The position numbers and the translations under genes are program-made. The notes under the pieces were generated by a model, which did no database searches, had not been told where the DNA came from, and worked only from the letters and a program-made list of their open reading frames with translations. From Flavobacteriales bacterium (GTDB taxonomy: Bacteria > Bacteroidota > Bacteroidia > Flavobacteriales_F > PHOS-HE28), in assembly GCA_016715895.1 (NCBI GenBank), contig JADJXH010000003.1, positions 325,583-389,582 of the forward strand: a DNA stretch of 64,000 bases, in the 5' to 3' direction. The stretch's first letter is position 1; every line of letters begins with the position of its first letter. Positions 28,125 to 37,271 of the stretch are shown piece by piece.

Positions 28125-29965
28125 GGCAGCACGAAGCGTTGGACCTTCTGGCCCGCGGTGTTGCCCACGCGCACGAAGTACACCCCGGAGGCGAGCCCCT
28201 CGGTGGGGAAGCGGCCCTGCCAGCTGCCGGCCGGGGCGCTCACCTGGAGGGAGCTGACGGTCCGTCCATCCATGCCGATCACATCGGCCACCAGACCATC
28301 ATCCGGAGCACCCATGTACTGCACCCGAAGGTCGGTCCCGTCCAGCCAGGCGTTCAGGCTGGCCTGGGGAAGGGCGGCGTCGCCATCGAGCCCCACGGTG
28401 GCCACCAGGTCGAAGGAGGCGATGCGGGTGCGGGGCTGACCGGAAGCGCTGAGGTATTCGCCGGTGAACCAGAAGGTGGTGCCGTTGGGGTCCAGGGCGG
28501 TGTGCGAGTAATCGCCGTACCGGTTGAAGCCGGTCTGTGAGCCGCCGCCATCGATGATGGTCTGCTCGGGCACGGTCATCAGCCCAAGGGGATCGCTGGC
28601 ATAGCGGCCCGTGTACCGCAGGCCGGGGTACACGGTCGTGCTGGGGTTGGTGTGGCAGTAGCCCATGCCGATGTTCCCCTGGTTGTCCATGGCGATGCTC
28701 GCCATCCACCGGTTGCCGTTGTCCGGCGACCAGGTGCCCTGCTGGTGGATGCTGAAGTTGCCGTCGTTCGCGTCGCGCAGCTCGTACCACCGGATGCCGG
28801 CGCGGTTGCCGCCGTTCACGTCCACCACGTGGCAGAGCAGCACGCTGCTGTGGCCCACGAAGCGCACGTGCTGGGCACGGAAGTACAGGATCTGCGCCAC
28901 CGCATCCAGCTTGTCGCTGGTGCCGGGCTGGCTGATGTTGCTGAAGCCGAAGCCGAAGTTGGTGTCGAACGGGTCCGTGTTCAGGGTCTGGCTCTGCACC
29001 ACCTGGGTGTTCGACGGAGTGGCCCAGTCGGTGGTCATCTCATAGATCTTGATCCGGTCGTCCGGCACACCGCCCCAGGCATCATCCTCCAGGTTGAAGA
29101 AGTAGCAAGGCGTGCCGTTCGGCGGCAGGTCGCCATCCGCATCGGCCGGCAGCACCGAGCGGAAGCCCGCGTTGGCGGCACTGGGCGCCGACAGCTGGAT
29201 GCGCTGCGCGGGCAGGCCCTGGAGCATCTTCTCGCGCTCGAACACCACTGCGGTATGCGTGCTGTTCGAGGTCATGTAGTACCCATCCCACCAGATGGAG
29301 AACTTGGGGTAGTCGGGGAATTGCGAGAAGGACCAGGAGTAGGTGTAGTAGTCGCCCGTGGGGTCGTTGGTCTGGCTCACGGCGATGAGGATCTCGTTGC
29401 CGCTCACCTGGAACTGGCTGATGAACCAGCGGTCGGCATGCCGGTCGTAGAGCACGATCGGGTCGCCATCGTTGGTGCTTCCGGGCCAGATGCTGGCCAG
29501 GCTGAAGGTGCTCCCGGCGCTGGCACCGGTCTTGGTGTAGGGGCGGCAGGACGTGTTGACGCACTGCAGGTAGTGGTCAGGTCCGGCGGACCCCGTCGGG
29601 TCCGGCGGGATGCCCGATCCGTTCTGTCCGGCGAAGGAGACGAGCGGCTGGCGGGAAAGACGGCTGGCGGCGCTCCGCTGCAGGGCGGGGTCCTCGCCTT
29701 TGGGCAGGGCGTCCAGGTTCTCCACCGCACGCTGCACCTGGATGTTGCGCGTCAGCTTGCGTTCCGCCACAGGCAGGTCGAGGTCCTCCAGCGCAGGCAG
29801 GTCGCGCAGCGGACCCACGGAGCGGGCCGCCACGGGCGGGCTGATGGCGATCTGTTGGCCGTGGGCGTTCACCCAGGTCCGGTCACCGGGAAGGGTGGCG
29901 GGGAACTGGGCGGCCAGCGGATACACGGTCAGGGCAAGGCCGGCGAGGGTCAGGAGGCGAAGCAT
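28121..29965 (-). CDS. Secreted hypothetical protein with T9SS type-A C-terminal sorting domain
   Basis: Signal peptide MLRLLTLAGLALTVYPLAAQ. C-terminal ...GVYFVRVGNTAGQKVQRFVLP tail. The N-terminal 86 codons of the ORF are a high-GC extension. Confidence 0.65.
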   Translation of the reverse strand: MLRLLTLAGLALTVYPLAAQFPATLPGDRTWVNAHGQQIAISPPVAARSVGPLRDLPALEDLDLPVAERKLTRNIQVQRAVENLDALPKGEDPALQRSAASRLSRQPLVSFAGQNGSGIPPDPTGSAGPDHYLQCVNTSCRPYTKTGASAGSTFSLASIWPGSTNDGDPIVLYDRHADRWFISQFQVSGNEILIAVSQTNDPTGDYYTYSWSFSQFPDYPKFSIWWDGYYMTSNSTHTAVVFEREKMLQGLPAQRIQLSAPSAANAGFRSVLPADADGDLPPNGTPCYFFNLEDDAWGGVPDDRIKIYEMTTDWATPSNTQVVQSQTLNTDPFDTNFGFGFSNISQPGTSDKLDAVAQILYFRAQHVRFVGHSSVLLCHVVDVNGGNRAGIRWYELRDANDGNFSIHQQGTWSPDNGNRWMASIAMDNQGNIGMGYCHTNPSTTVYPGLRYTGRYASDPLGLMTVPEQTIIDGGGSQTGFNRYGDYSHTALDPNGTTFWFTGEYLSASGQPRTRIASFDLVATVGLDGDAALPQASLNAWLDGTDLRVQYMGAPDDGLVADVIGMDGRTVSSLQVSAPAGSWQGRFPTEGLASGVYFVRVGNTAGQKVQRFVLP

Positions 29966-30080
29966 GGGTGGTTCAACAAGGGTGCCCAAGGTAAGCCAGG
30001 ACACCATCCGTCCCTCCGCGACCGGACCGACCTTGCCGCAGGGCCGATGGAGCAGGCCTCCCCGCCGACGAGGCCGACCA

Positions 30081-30590
30081 TCAGCGGCGGCCCTTGCCCA
30101 CCTGGAAGTCGCCGGCCTCGAACCGCCGGAGCAGCTCCGCCACCCGCTTGGCCTGCGTGGCCTCGGTCTTCGCGCTGCCCACCCAGTAGCACATGCTTCG
30201 CCGCATGCCGGGGGTGAGCGCATCCCACGCGGCCTTCATCTCGGGCAGGAAGTCCAGGGTCTCGGCCAGCGCCTCGGGCAGCTCAAGCACCTCGGGCGAA
30301 GGGTGCCTCCAGATCTCCACCTCCACAGGTTGTCCCACACGCTTGATCTTGGCCGCCCTGCGGATGTCGCCCCCGAGGATGATGATGTGCACACCGCTCT
30401 TCTGGGGCATCAGGGCGCGGTCCACCGCCACGCCGTTCACCGTGCCCAGCACCCGCACGCGCCCCTTGGTGCCGAAGACCGCCTGCACATCGAACGGCAC
30501 CTCCACGTACATGAAGGCCATCTGTGCGTTCATCTTCTCCAGCGGCGCGGTAAAGCGGTAGGTCTTGGTTGCGGGTTTCTTGGCCATCAT
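30081..30590 (-). CDS. YdeI/OmpD-associated family protein (DUF1905 plus bacteriocin-protection-like domain)
   Basis: The N-terminal DUF1905 beta-domain and C-terminal YdeI-like helical region (…RRSMCYWVGSAKTEATQAKRV…) fit the pattern; 169 aa. Confidence 0.65.
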   Translation of the reverse strand: MMAKKPATKTYRFTAPLEKMNAQMAFMYVEVPFDVQAVFGTKGRVRVLGTVNGVAVDRALMPQKSGVHIIILGGDIRRAAKIKRVGQPVEVEIWRHPSPEVLELPEALAETLDFLPEMKAAWDALTPGMRRSMCYWVGSAKTEATQAKRVAELLRRFEAGDFQVGKGRR

Positions 30591-30615
30591 CTCAGGTCGA
30601 CCCGGTGGGTCGACG
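30589..30615. repeat. Intergenic copy (opposite orientation) of the 27-bp palindromic element found inside the E1 gene
   Basis: caggtcgacccggtgggtcgacgctac is the reverse complement of 22137-22163. It lies between the yciH stop and the ydeI-like start and may act as a hairpin terminator. Confidence 0.8.
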
Positions 30616-30630
30616 CTACTGGTGCGTTGA

Positions 30631-30957
30631 TCAACCTCCTGCCTTTTTGACCTTGTACCCTTTCTCGGTGAGATAGGCCAAGACCTTGTCGCGGTGGTCG
30701 CCCTGCAGCAGGATCACGCCGTCCTTGGTGTTGCCGCCTACACCGCACTTGCTCTTCAGGGCGCGGCCCAGGTCCTCCAGATCGGCTTCCTTCCCCACGA
30801 AGCCCACGATGCGGGTCACCACCTTGTTGCCTTTCAGCCGGTCCAGGTGGATGCGGAGGTCCTGGTCCTTGGCCGGGGCGGTGGGCTTGCCGGAGCCTTT
30901 CGGGCCGCTGGAATACACCAGGCCACCGAGATCGGAAAGGGTGGGGCGTTTCTTCAC
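30631..30957 (-). CDS. yciH: Translation initiation factor SUI1/YciH family protein (proposed GTG start; the ORF continues to 31026 through repeat sequence)
   Basis: ...LVYSSGPKG...VTRIVGFVGKEADLEDLGRALKSKCGVGGNTKDGVILLQGDHRDKVLAYLTEKGYKVKKAGG is a near-canonical SUI1 domain. Confidence 0.8.
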   Translation of the reverse strand: MKKRPTLSDLGGLVYSSGPKGSGKPTAPAKDQDLRIHLDRLKGNKVVTRIVGFVGKEADLEDLGRALKSKCGVGGNTKDGVILLQGDHRDKVLAYLTEKGYKVKKAGG

Positions 30958-30961
30958 AAGG

Positions 30962-31092
30962 TGCAAATTTCGGTGAATGGCTGAAAGTGAATGGGAGTTG
31001 GTTGGTGGTGAATGGCGAATGGTCAATGGTGAATGGGGAATGCCGCCGGGCTAGCGTTCCATTCACCAACTCCCATTCACCATTCACCGCAT
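30962..31092. repeat. REP-like palindromic cluster built from GTGAATGG / GGCGAATGG units (family B) between the GH38 gene and yciH
   Basis: Left arm gtgaatgggagttggttggtggtgaatggcgaatggtcaatggtgaatgggg, loop ccgccgggctagcg, right arm ttccattcaccaactcccattcaccattcacc. A second family-B copy is at 58995-59075. Confidence 0.75.
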
Positions 31093-31093
31093 T

Positions 31094-34000
31094 CTACTTC
31101 CACCACGTAATGAGCGGCCGCGTCATCTCCAGCCCGAACCGCCGCGCGTCCTCCAGCTTGAAAGGCCCGTGCATCTTCAGGTAGATGTCGAAGACGATCG
31201 GTCCTTCCTGGTCGGCCTTGAAGTTGGTGTGCCAGTAGTTGTTGAGGGCGTAGAGGTAGATGGTGCTGCTGCTCTTCGCCTCGGTCTTCCAAGCCTTGTA
31301 GTACTCAGGGTTCGTGCCTTTGCCGGGGTTCACCTTGCGCTCGTCCACCATCTCGCCCACCTCCCAGATCGCGCCTTGCGGGCACACGATGGTGACGCCC
31401 ATGCTGTCGTTGCTCACATCGATCCAGCGCTGGGCGCAGAAGAAATCGTTGTTGCTGCCGGGGATGCGGCCGCTCTCGGGTGTGACACAGGTATCGCCAA
31501 TGCCGATGCGGACGGTGGCGTTGGGGATGTTGAAGGGAAGGGCGAGGTGGAGGGATTCCTTTTCGCGGACTTTTGACTTGCTAATGATATACCTCAGTTG
31601 CACAAGGTCTTTCTCAACCCAGGCCCTGGTCTCAATCCATCTGGACCATGAACTGCTGTCCTGACCGACGATATGCATCATGTACGGCCCAGTGGAAATT
31701 GTGTCCTTGAGGACAACCTGATTCTCTGACTCAACGACTACATCAGTTCCGTTGCGATAATGCAGTGAGTGTTTTGGCACCCATTCAGGAATCACCATTG
31801 TCCTTTTATTCTTTCTGTACTGATGCCTTGCTTCACGCCAATTGGTTGTTCCGGATAACCGCCATGCCTTCGTCGATTCCGGTGGTATAGTCATTGGTGC
31901 GTACGATAGCCCACCTTGGACTTCGCGCTGAACCATTTGACTGCTTCCGTTTTCATCGTGAACCGCCTTTACCAGGAAGCGTTTGCCTGTTTCAATTTCT
32001 ATGGAGTCGCATAGCACGACAAGTGACGAAAGCTCCCATGGAAGCGTATTCAGTGCGCTTAGATCAGCTGAACAGTCATGCCAAGGGATCATACGCCTCT
32101 CGATCGCATCCACATACCACCCCGCACTATCCGCAAAGTCCTGCTTCACCCGCCACTGGTCCGTGGTGAAGTGCGCGTCCGGATCGCTGATGCTGCACCA
32201 CGCGCCCCAGGTGTGCTCGTGCCACATCACGATGCTGCGTTTGGCGCGGTAGAGCAGGTGCGGGTCGATGGGCTTGTTAAGGATCTTCGCCGCTTCGATC
32301 AGGTTGGTGAGCCGCGCACTGAGCACGCGCACATCGCCTTCCTCCTTCGCCGTGCTGTACGCGCCATCCTCCCAATAGGGCGTGAAGTCACCGCTCCAAG
32401 TGGGGATCTGCTTGCCGTACAGGTTCTCGAACTCTTGCATCATCGTGCCCGCGTTCGCGATGATCAAGCGCGGTGAGGCGTACTTCTCGTTCCAGTCGCG
32501 CACGAAGTCGCTGAGGGTGCTGTCCACCGGACCGTTGTCGCTCACGATGTTGTAGCGCCACTGCACCATGCGGTAGCGATAACGTTTCGCATCGAGCTCG
32601 TTCATGTAGGCGGCGATCTTCCGGGTGCCGCGTTCCTTGATCGCCCCGGCCGTATAGCCGTGCCAGCCGCCGTAGCCCTGTCCGGCCGTCCACACGAGGA
32701 TGCTGTCGCGACCGGTCGTGCTCTTCCACCAGTAGGGCTTGTCGCCCTGCTCGCGCAGGGTGCTGCCGATGCGGTCGCCGCCATCGGGCATGTCGGGGAT
32801 GTAGTTGGGCCCCTGGCTCAGGTGGCGGATGCCATGCGCGGCGTAGGCGTCCACCATGCTCCAGCTCATGCCGGGGATGTCGGTCTGCATGGCCATGGTG
32901 ATCGGGAAGTCGTACCACTTCCGCAGCGAATCGGCGTACTCCATAATCCAGTGCATCTCCTCGGGCGTGCAGAGGCCGGTGAGGATATTCGCGTAGTTCG
33001 CGCTGAGGGCGATGCTGCCGTTCTTCACTGCCGCGATGAAGCGCTGCTTGTCCGCCTCGCTGGCGATGCCCAGGAAATTCTCCACGGCCCAGAGGCTCTC
33101 CACGTTCCACACGAAGCGGCTGCCATCGGGATAGTCCTTGGTGCGTTCGATCAGCTCTAGTGCCTTCCAGATGTTGTTGTTCTGGATCCGCTCCACTTCG
33201 GCCTGCAGGTGGCTGTAGCCGATGTCGGTGTGGCTGTGGTGGACCAAGTACACGTCTCGGTGAACGAGTTTCGGGATCACCACAAGGGAGTCAAGCAGAT
33301 CGACCTTGTCGATCCTCGCTTTCACCTTGACCGGTGTGAACGCTCCGACGATCGGTGTTTCGATGACCTGAAGGCCATTCGCGATCTTGAATTTCTGCGA
33401 TCCCTGCTGACCATCGATCCAAACTTCCATGGTCGTTGGCTTTCCGAAGTGCATGACAGTGAACTGCAAGGGTTGCAACTCGCTGTGACTTCGCCGGTAC
33501 ACGAACGGCAAAGCTTCCACCTCCACCTTCTCCTCGAAGCTGTACCGGAAGGTCATGAACCAATCCGGGCTGTTCTGGGCATGGCCCACCACCTTCAGCC
33601 GCAGCGGCTGGCCGGGTGTGATGAACTTCCGTGGCACCCGCAGGTGCGTAAAGCCGTGCGCATCGCCGTGGCGGTCCTTCTTGCTGAACTCGAAGACCAG
33701 CTTGGTGCCGTCCGTGCCATCCGCCTCCCACGAGCCCGGCGTGGTGCTGTGGTGCGTGGTGAAGGTGAGCGCCTTCGCATCGTTGATGTAAAGGTCGAAC
33801 GAACGATCTCCGCCGCTGGTGCTGCTGTTGTGCGCCGCGATCCAGCTGAAGTAATAGTAGGGGATGTGCTCGTCCTGTGGGTAGTGCGGCACAACGGCGG
33901 TCTCCCAGGCGATGGCCTTCTTCCCATCGGTGCACCTCGTCAGCAACGCGGTGGTGGCATGCTCCGGGTACACGCTGAAGTAGGAGAGGACCTCGCCCTC

Positions 34001-34111
34001 CACGTCCTTGGCGTAGCCATTGATCACCTGTTGCTTCCCGAAGACGGGCAGGTCGACCTGGGCGTGGAGCAGGCCCGGCAGGAGCAGGGCGGCGGGCAGG
34101 GCGGTCCGCAT
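31094..34111 (-). CDS. Glycoside hydrolase family 38 (alpha-mannosidase-like) secreted enzyme
   Basis: Signal peptide MRTALPAALLLPGLLHAQ. GH38 N-terminal catalytic signature VYLVHHSHTDIGYSH (HxHxDxGW-type). About 1005 aa. The first 112 codons of the ORF are a Pro/Arg-rich extension judged spurious. Confidence 0.8.
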   Translation of the reverse strand: MRTALPAALLLPGLLHAQVDLPVFGKQQVINGYAKDVEGEVLSYFSVYPEHATTALLTRCTDGKKAIAWETAVVPHYPQDEHIPYYYFSWIAAHNSSTSGGDRSFDLYINDAKALTFTTHHSTTPGSWEADGTDGTKLVFEFSKKDRHGDAHGFTHLRVPRKFITPGQPLRLKVVGHAQNSPDWFMTFRYSFEEKVEVEALPFVYRRSHSELQPLQFTVMHFGKPTTMEVWIDGQQGSQKFKIANGLQVIETPIVGAFTPVKVKARIDKVDLLDSLVVIPKLVHRDVYLVHHSHTDIGYSHLQAEVERIQNNNIWKALELIERTKDYPDGSRFVWNVESLWAVENFLGIASEADKQRFIAAVKNGSIALSANYANILTGLCTPEEMHWIMEYADSLRKWYDFPITMAMQTDIPGMSWSMVDAYAAHGIRHLSQGPNYIPDMPDGGDRIGSTLREQGDKPYWWKSTTGRDSILVWTAGQGYGGWHGYTAGAIKERGTRKIAAYMNELDAKRYRYRMVQWRYNIVSDNGPVDSTLSDFVRDWNEKYASPRLIIANAGTMMQEFENLYGKQIPTWSGDFTPYWEDGAYSTAKEEGDVRVLSARLTNLIEAAKILNKPIDPHLLYRAKRSIVMWHEHTWGAWCSISDPDAHFTTDQWRVKQDFADSAGWYVDAIERRMIPWHDCSADLSALNTLPWELSSLVVLCDSIEIETGKRFLVKAVHDENGSSQMVQREVQGGLSYAPMTIPPESTKAWRLSGTTNWREARHQYRKNKRTMVIPEWVPKHSLHYRNGTDVVVESENQVVLKDTISTGPYMMHIVGQDSSSWSRWIETRAWVEKDLVQLRYIISKSKVREKESLHLALPFNIPNATVRIGIGDTCVTPESGRIPGSNNDFFCAQRWIDVSNDSMGVTIVCPQGAIWEVGEMVDERKVNPGKGTNPEYYKAWKTEAKSSSTIYLYALNNYWHTNFKADQEGPIVFDIYLKMHGPFKLEDARRFGLEMTRPLITWWK

Positions 34112-34161
34112 CTTCGCCGAAGGTAGTGTGGCCGTTGACGGCTGTTCGCGTTCTTTGCGCC

Positions 34162-35340
34162 ATGGCCACCGAGCACGTCCTGATCCTGTTGGGGGGGCTG
34201 GTGGTCTTCTCCTACATCTTCGACCTCTTCGCCAAACGGGCCCGGGTGCCCTCGGTGCTGCTGTTGCTGGCGCTGGGGGTGGCGCTGCGCGAGATCTCGG
34301 TGGGCATGGGCTTCCCCGTGCTGGCCACCGAGGGCCTGCTGCCGACCCTCGGCACGGTGGGCCTGATCCTGATCGTGTTCGACGGCGCCCTGGAGCTGGA
34401 GTACAGCCCCGAGCGGCGCGGGGTGATCCTCCGGGCCCTGCTGGCATCGGTCGCGGGTTTGCTGCTGGTGGGGGCGGCCTACACCGTGCTGCTCCACGGG
34501 CTCAGCGGCGCGCCGTGGCGGGCCTGCCTGGCCAACGCGGTACCCTTCAGCGTCATCAGCAGCGCGGTCGCCATCCCCTCCGCCGCCGGCCTGCCCAAGG
34601 CCCGCAAGGAGTTCATCATCTACGAGTCCTCGATCAGCGACATCCTCGGGGTGGTGGCCTTCAACCTGTTCGCCACTTCCGGTGCGCTGGACCTGGAGCA
34701 TTTCGGCGGCACCCTGTTCGACCTGCTCATCGTGGTGGTCATCAGCCTGCTGTCGTGCGCGGGCCTGCTCTGGCTGCTGTCGCGCTCCACCCACAACGTC
34801 CGCGTCTTCCTCATCCTGGCCTTGCTGATGATGGTGTACGGGCTGGGCAAGTCGTTCCACCTGTCCTCCCTGATCATCATTCTGGTCTTCGGCCTCTTCA
34901 TGGCCAACCTCACCCAGATCCCCCTGGCGTGGCTGCACCGCATGGCCGACTATCCCCGGGCGGCGGCGGACCGGGAACTGCTGCATGCCCTCACCCGGGA
35001 GAGCACCTTCATCGTGCGCACCTTCTTCTTCGTGCTCTTCGGCTATTCCATCAGCCTGGCGACGGTGCTGCGCGGCGAAGTGTGGATCATCGTGGGGGCC
35101 TTGCTCGGGCTGCTGTACGCCTCGCGCGCCGTGGTGCTCGCCGTCAGCATGGGGCGGGTGGACCCGGCCACCCTGGTGCTGGCACCCCGCGGGTTGATCA
35201 CCGTGCTGCTCTTCCTGTCCCTTCCGGCGGACCTGCGGATCACCCAGGTGGACCTGCCGCTCGTGGTGGCCATGGTGCTGGGCACCGCCGTGGTGATGGC
35301 GCTGGTGCTGCCCCTGGTCCGCATGGAACGGAAGCCCTGA
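34162..35340 (+). CDS. Cation:proton antiporter (Na+/H+ exchanger family)
   Basis: About 12 TM helices. N-terminal …SYIFDLFAKRARVPSVLLLLALGVAL… is typical of CPA1/NhaP-type exchangers. Confidence 0.8.
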   Translation: MATEHVLILLGGLVVFSYIFDLFAKRARVPSVLLLLALGVALREISVGMGFPVLATEGLLPTLGTVGLILIVFDGALELEYSPERRGVILRALLASVAGLLLVGAAYTVLLHGLSGAPWRACLANAVPFSVISSAVAIPSAAGLPKARKEFIIYESSISDILGVVAFNLFATSGALDLEHFGGTLFDLLIVVVISLLSCAGLLWLLSRSTHNVRVFLILALLMMVYGLGKSFHLSSLIIILVFGLFMANLTQIPLAWLHRMADYPRAAADRELLHALTRESTFIVRTFFFVLFGYSISLATVLRGEVWIIVGALLGLLYASRAVVLAVSMGRVDPATLVLAPRGLITVLLFLSLPADLRITQVDLPLVVAMVLGTAVVMALVLPLVRMERKP

Positions 35341-35346
35341 TCCCGC

Positions 35347-36348
35347 TCAGCGTCCGAAGCGGTAGGCCAGCCCCAGGTTGAGCACCATGCTGCGCGTCAG
35401 ACCGTCCGTCCGAACGGTGCGGGTCACCAGCGGCGATCCGTAGCTCAGCTCCAGCGCCCACCGGTCGCTCATCCGCCAGCGGGCATCCACCGTCACGTTC
35501 AGGGTCAGGCCCTCGGAGCCGGCCACGGCCTCGGTCCCGGGGAAGCCGATGATGTTCCCCGACGAGGCCAGCCGCCGGTCCTGACCCAGGTGGACGATCG
35601 CGAGCAGGCCGGGCTGCACGGTCACGCGGCCGATGGGCACGGCATATTGAAGCCGGGCCACCGCATCGTTCGCCCGCTCCAGGAAGGGGCTCTCGAAGTA
35701 GCCCAGGGCCCGCATGTCGTCCATCCAGCGCTCGTGGGTGAAGCCGTTCTCGTTGGTGTTCTTCAGCACGTGCTGGTAGGCCAGGGCCAGGCTCCAGCGG
35801 TCGTGCCGGTAGCTGAGGCCGGCGAGCAGGTCGATGGTGCCCAGGCTGGTCTGGTAGGGCATGGGCAGGGGCTTGCCGTCGGCCGTGGTGGCGTCGGCCT
35901 TGTTGCTCGGGGCCTTCACACCGAGCAGCACGTCCAGTCGGCGGGCACCGGCCCAGCGCGGACGGCCACCGTCCAGCCGGTGCGGGTCGCGGCGCCACAC
36001 CGCATAGCTCAGCGTGGCCACCGGGTCGCCCACGCCGTTCACCTGTCCTAGTTCACCGCTGGCCTGTTGGTATGGGAGCCGGAGCTGCAGGCCGAGCCGC
36101 CGCGTGAGGCCCAGGCTCACCTCGGCCACTTCCTGGATCACCGTGGTTCCCTGCTCGCCCACCGCGTAGCTGAAGGTGAACCGCAGCAGGTGCCGGGGCT
36201 CCGCGGTCACGGACGCGCTGTCGCGCAGCAGCAACGGGGCCTCGCCGATCGGGCCGGCCGTGCAGACGCCCGCATCGCTGCAGCCTTGGGCCTGAGCGTG
36301 ATGCAGGGTGACCAGCAGGACGGGGGCGAGGAGAAGCGCGCGTTTCAT
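35347..36348 (-). CDS. Outer-membrane beta-barrel protein, hypothetical
   Basis: Signal peptide MKRALLLAPVLLVTLHHAQAQ. Alternating amphipathic beta-strand pattern. C-terminal aromatic residue ...LGLAYRFGR. Confidence 0.5.
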   Translation of the reverse strand: MKRALLLAPVLLVTLHHAQAQGCSDAGVCTAGPIGEAPLLLRDSASVTAEPRHLLRFTFSYAVGEQGTTVIQEVAEVSLGLTRRLGLQLRLPYQQASGELGQVNGVGDPVATLSYAVWRRDPHRLDGGRPRWAGARRLDVLLGVKAPSNKADATTADGKPLPMPYQTSLGTIDLLAGLSYRHDRWSLALAYQHVLKNTNENGFTHERWMDDMRALGYFESPFLERANDAVARLQYAVPIGRVTVQPGLLAIVHLGQDRRLASSGNIIGFPGTEAVAGSEGLTLNVTVDARWRMSDRWALELSYGSPLVTRTVRTDGLTRSMVLNLGLAYRFGR

Positions 36349-36413
36349 GGGGTGAAGCTAACGCCACGCCCATCCCGCTTCGTATGCGTTGAACGCCCAC
36401 CGCCCGCCTTCGC

Positions 36414-37163
36414 TCACCGCGTCAGGTACCCGCCGTCCACGGCGTGGTAGCTGCCGGTGACGAAGCTGGCCTTGTCGCTCGCGAGCCAGAGCACCAGTTC
36501 GGCCACCTCCTCCGATCGGCCAAGCCGGCCGATGGGGTGCAGCGTGGCGATACCGGCCATCTGCTCCTGGGTGAGGTTCTTGTCCAGCAGCGGCGTCTTG
36601 ATGAAGCCCGGGCCCACACTGTTCACGCGGATACCCTGGGCGGCATACTCCATGGCGGCGTTCTTGGTGAGGCCCACCACACCGTGCTTGGCGGCCACAT
36701 AGGCGCTGCTGTAGGCAAAGCCCACCTGCCCCAGGATGGAAGCGATGTTGACGATGCTGCCGCCGCCGCGCTTCAGCATGGCCGGGATCTGGTAGCGCAT
36801 GCCGTAGAACACGCCGTTCAGGTTCACCCCGATCACCTTCTCCCACCCGTCCAGCGGATACTCCCCCGTGGGTGCGGCGGGTCCGCCGATGCCCGCGTTG
36901 TTCACCGCCACATCCAGGCGACCGAAGGCCTTCACGGCAGCGGCCACGGCGGCTTCGCACTGCGCAGCCACCGCCACATCGTTGCGCACGGTGATCGCTT
37001 CCGCACTGGCGGCCTTCACCCCTGTGGCCACCCGCTCCAGTCCAGCGCTGTCCACATCCGTCAACACCAGCTTCGCCCCGTGCTTCGCGAAGAGCAGCGC
37101 GCACGCTTCACCGATGCCGGATCCCGCGCCCGTGATCAGGGCCACCTTGCCGTTCAGGTCCAT
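36414..37163 (-). CDS. SDR family NAD(P)-dependent oxidoreductase (3-oxoacyl-ACP reductase-like)
   Basis: TGxxxGIG Rossmann motif LITGAGSGIGEA; NNAG; catalytic YSSAYVAAKHG (YxxxK); ...PGFIKTPL. Confidence 0.9.
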   Translation of the reverse strand: MDLNGKVALITGAGSGIGEACALLFAKHGAKLVLTDVDSAGLERVATGVKAASAEAITVRNDVAVAAQCEAAVAAAVKAFGRLDVAVNNAGIGGPAAPTGEYPLDGWEKVIGVNLNGVFYGMRYQIPAMLKRGGGSIVNIASILGQVGFAYSSAYVAAKHGVVGLTKNAAMEYAAQGIRVNSVGPGFIKTPLLDKNLTQEQMAGIATLHPIGRLGRSEEVAELVLWLASDKASFVTGSYHAVDGGYLTR

Positions 37164-37271
37164 GGACGCTTTCGTTTCCGGCGAACCTAGTCCCCGCGCG
37201 CGGCGCCGACCCTGAGGATCGTCAACCGGCCAACGGCCGCCCGCTACTTTTGCGCCACAACCCATTCCACC

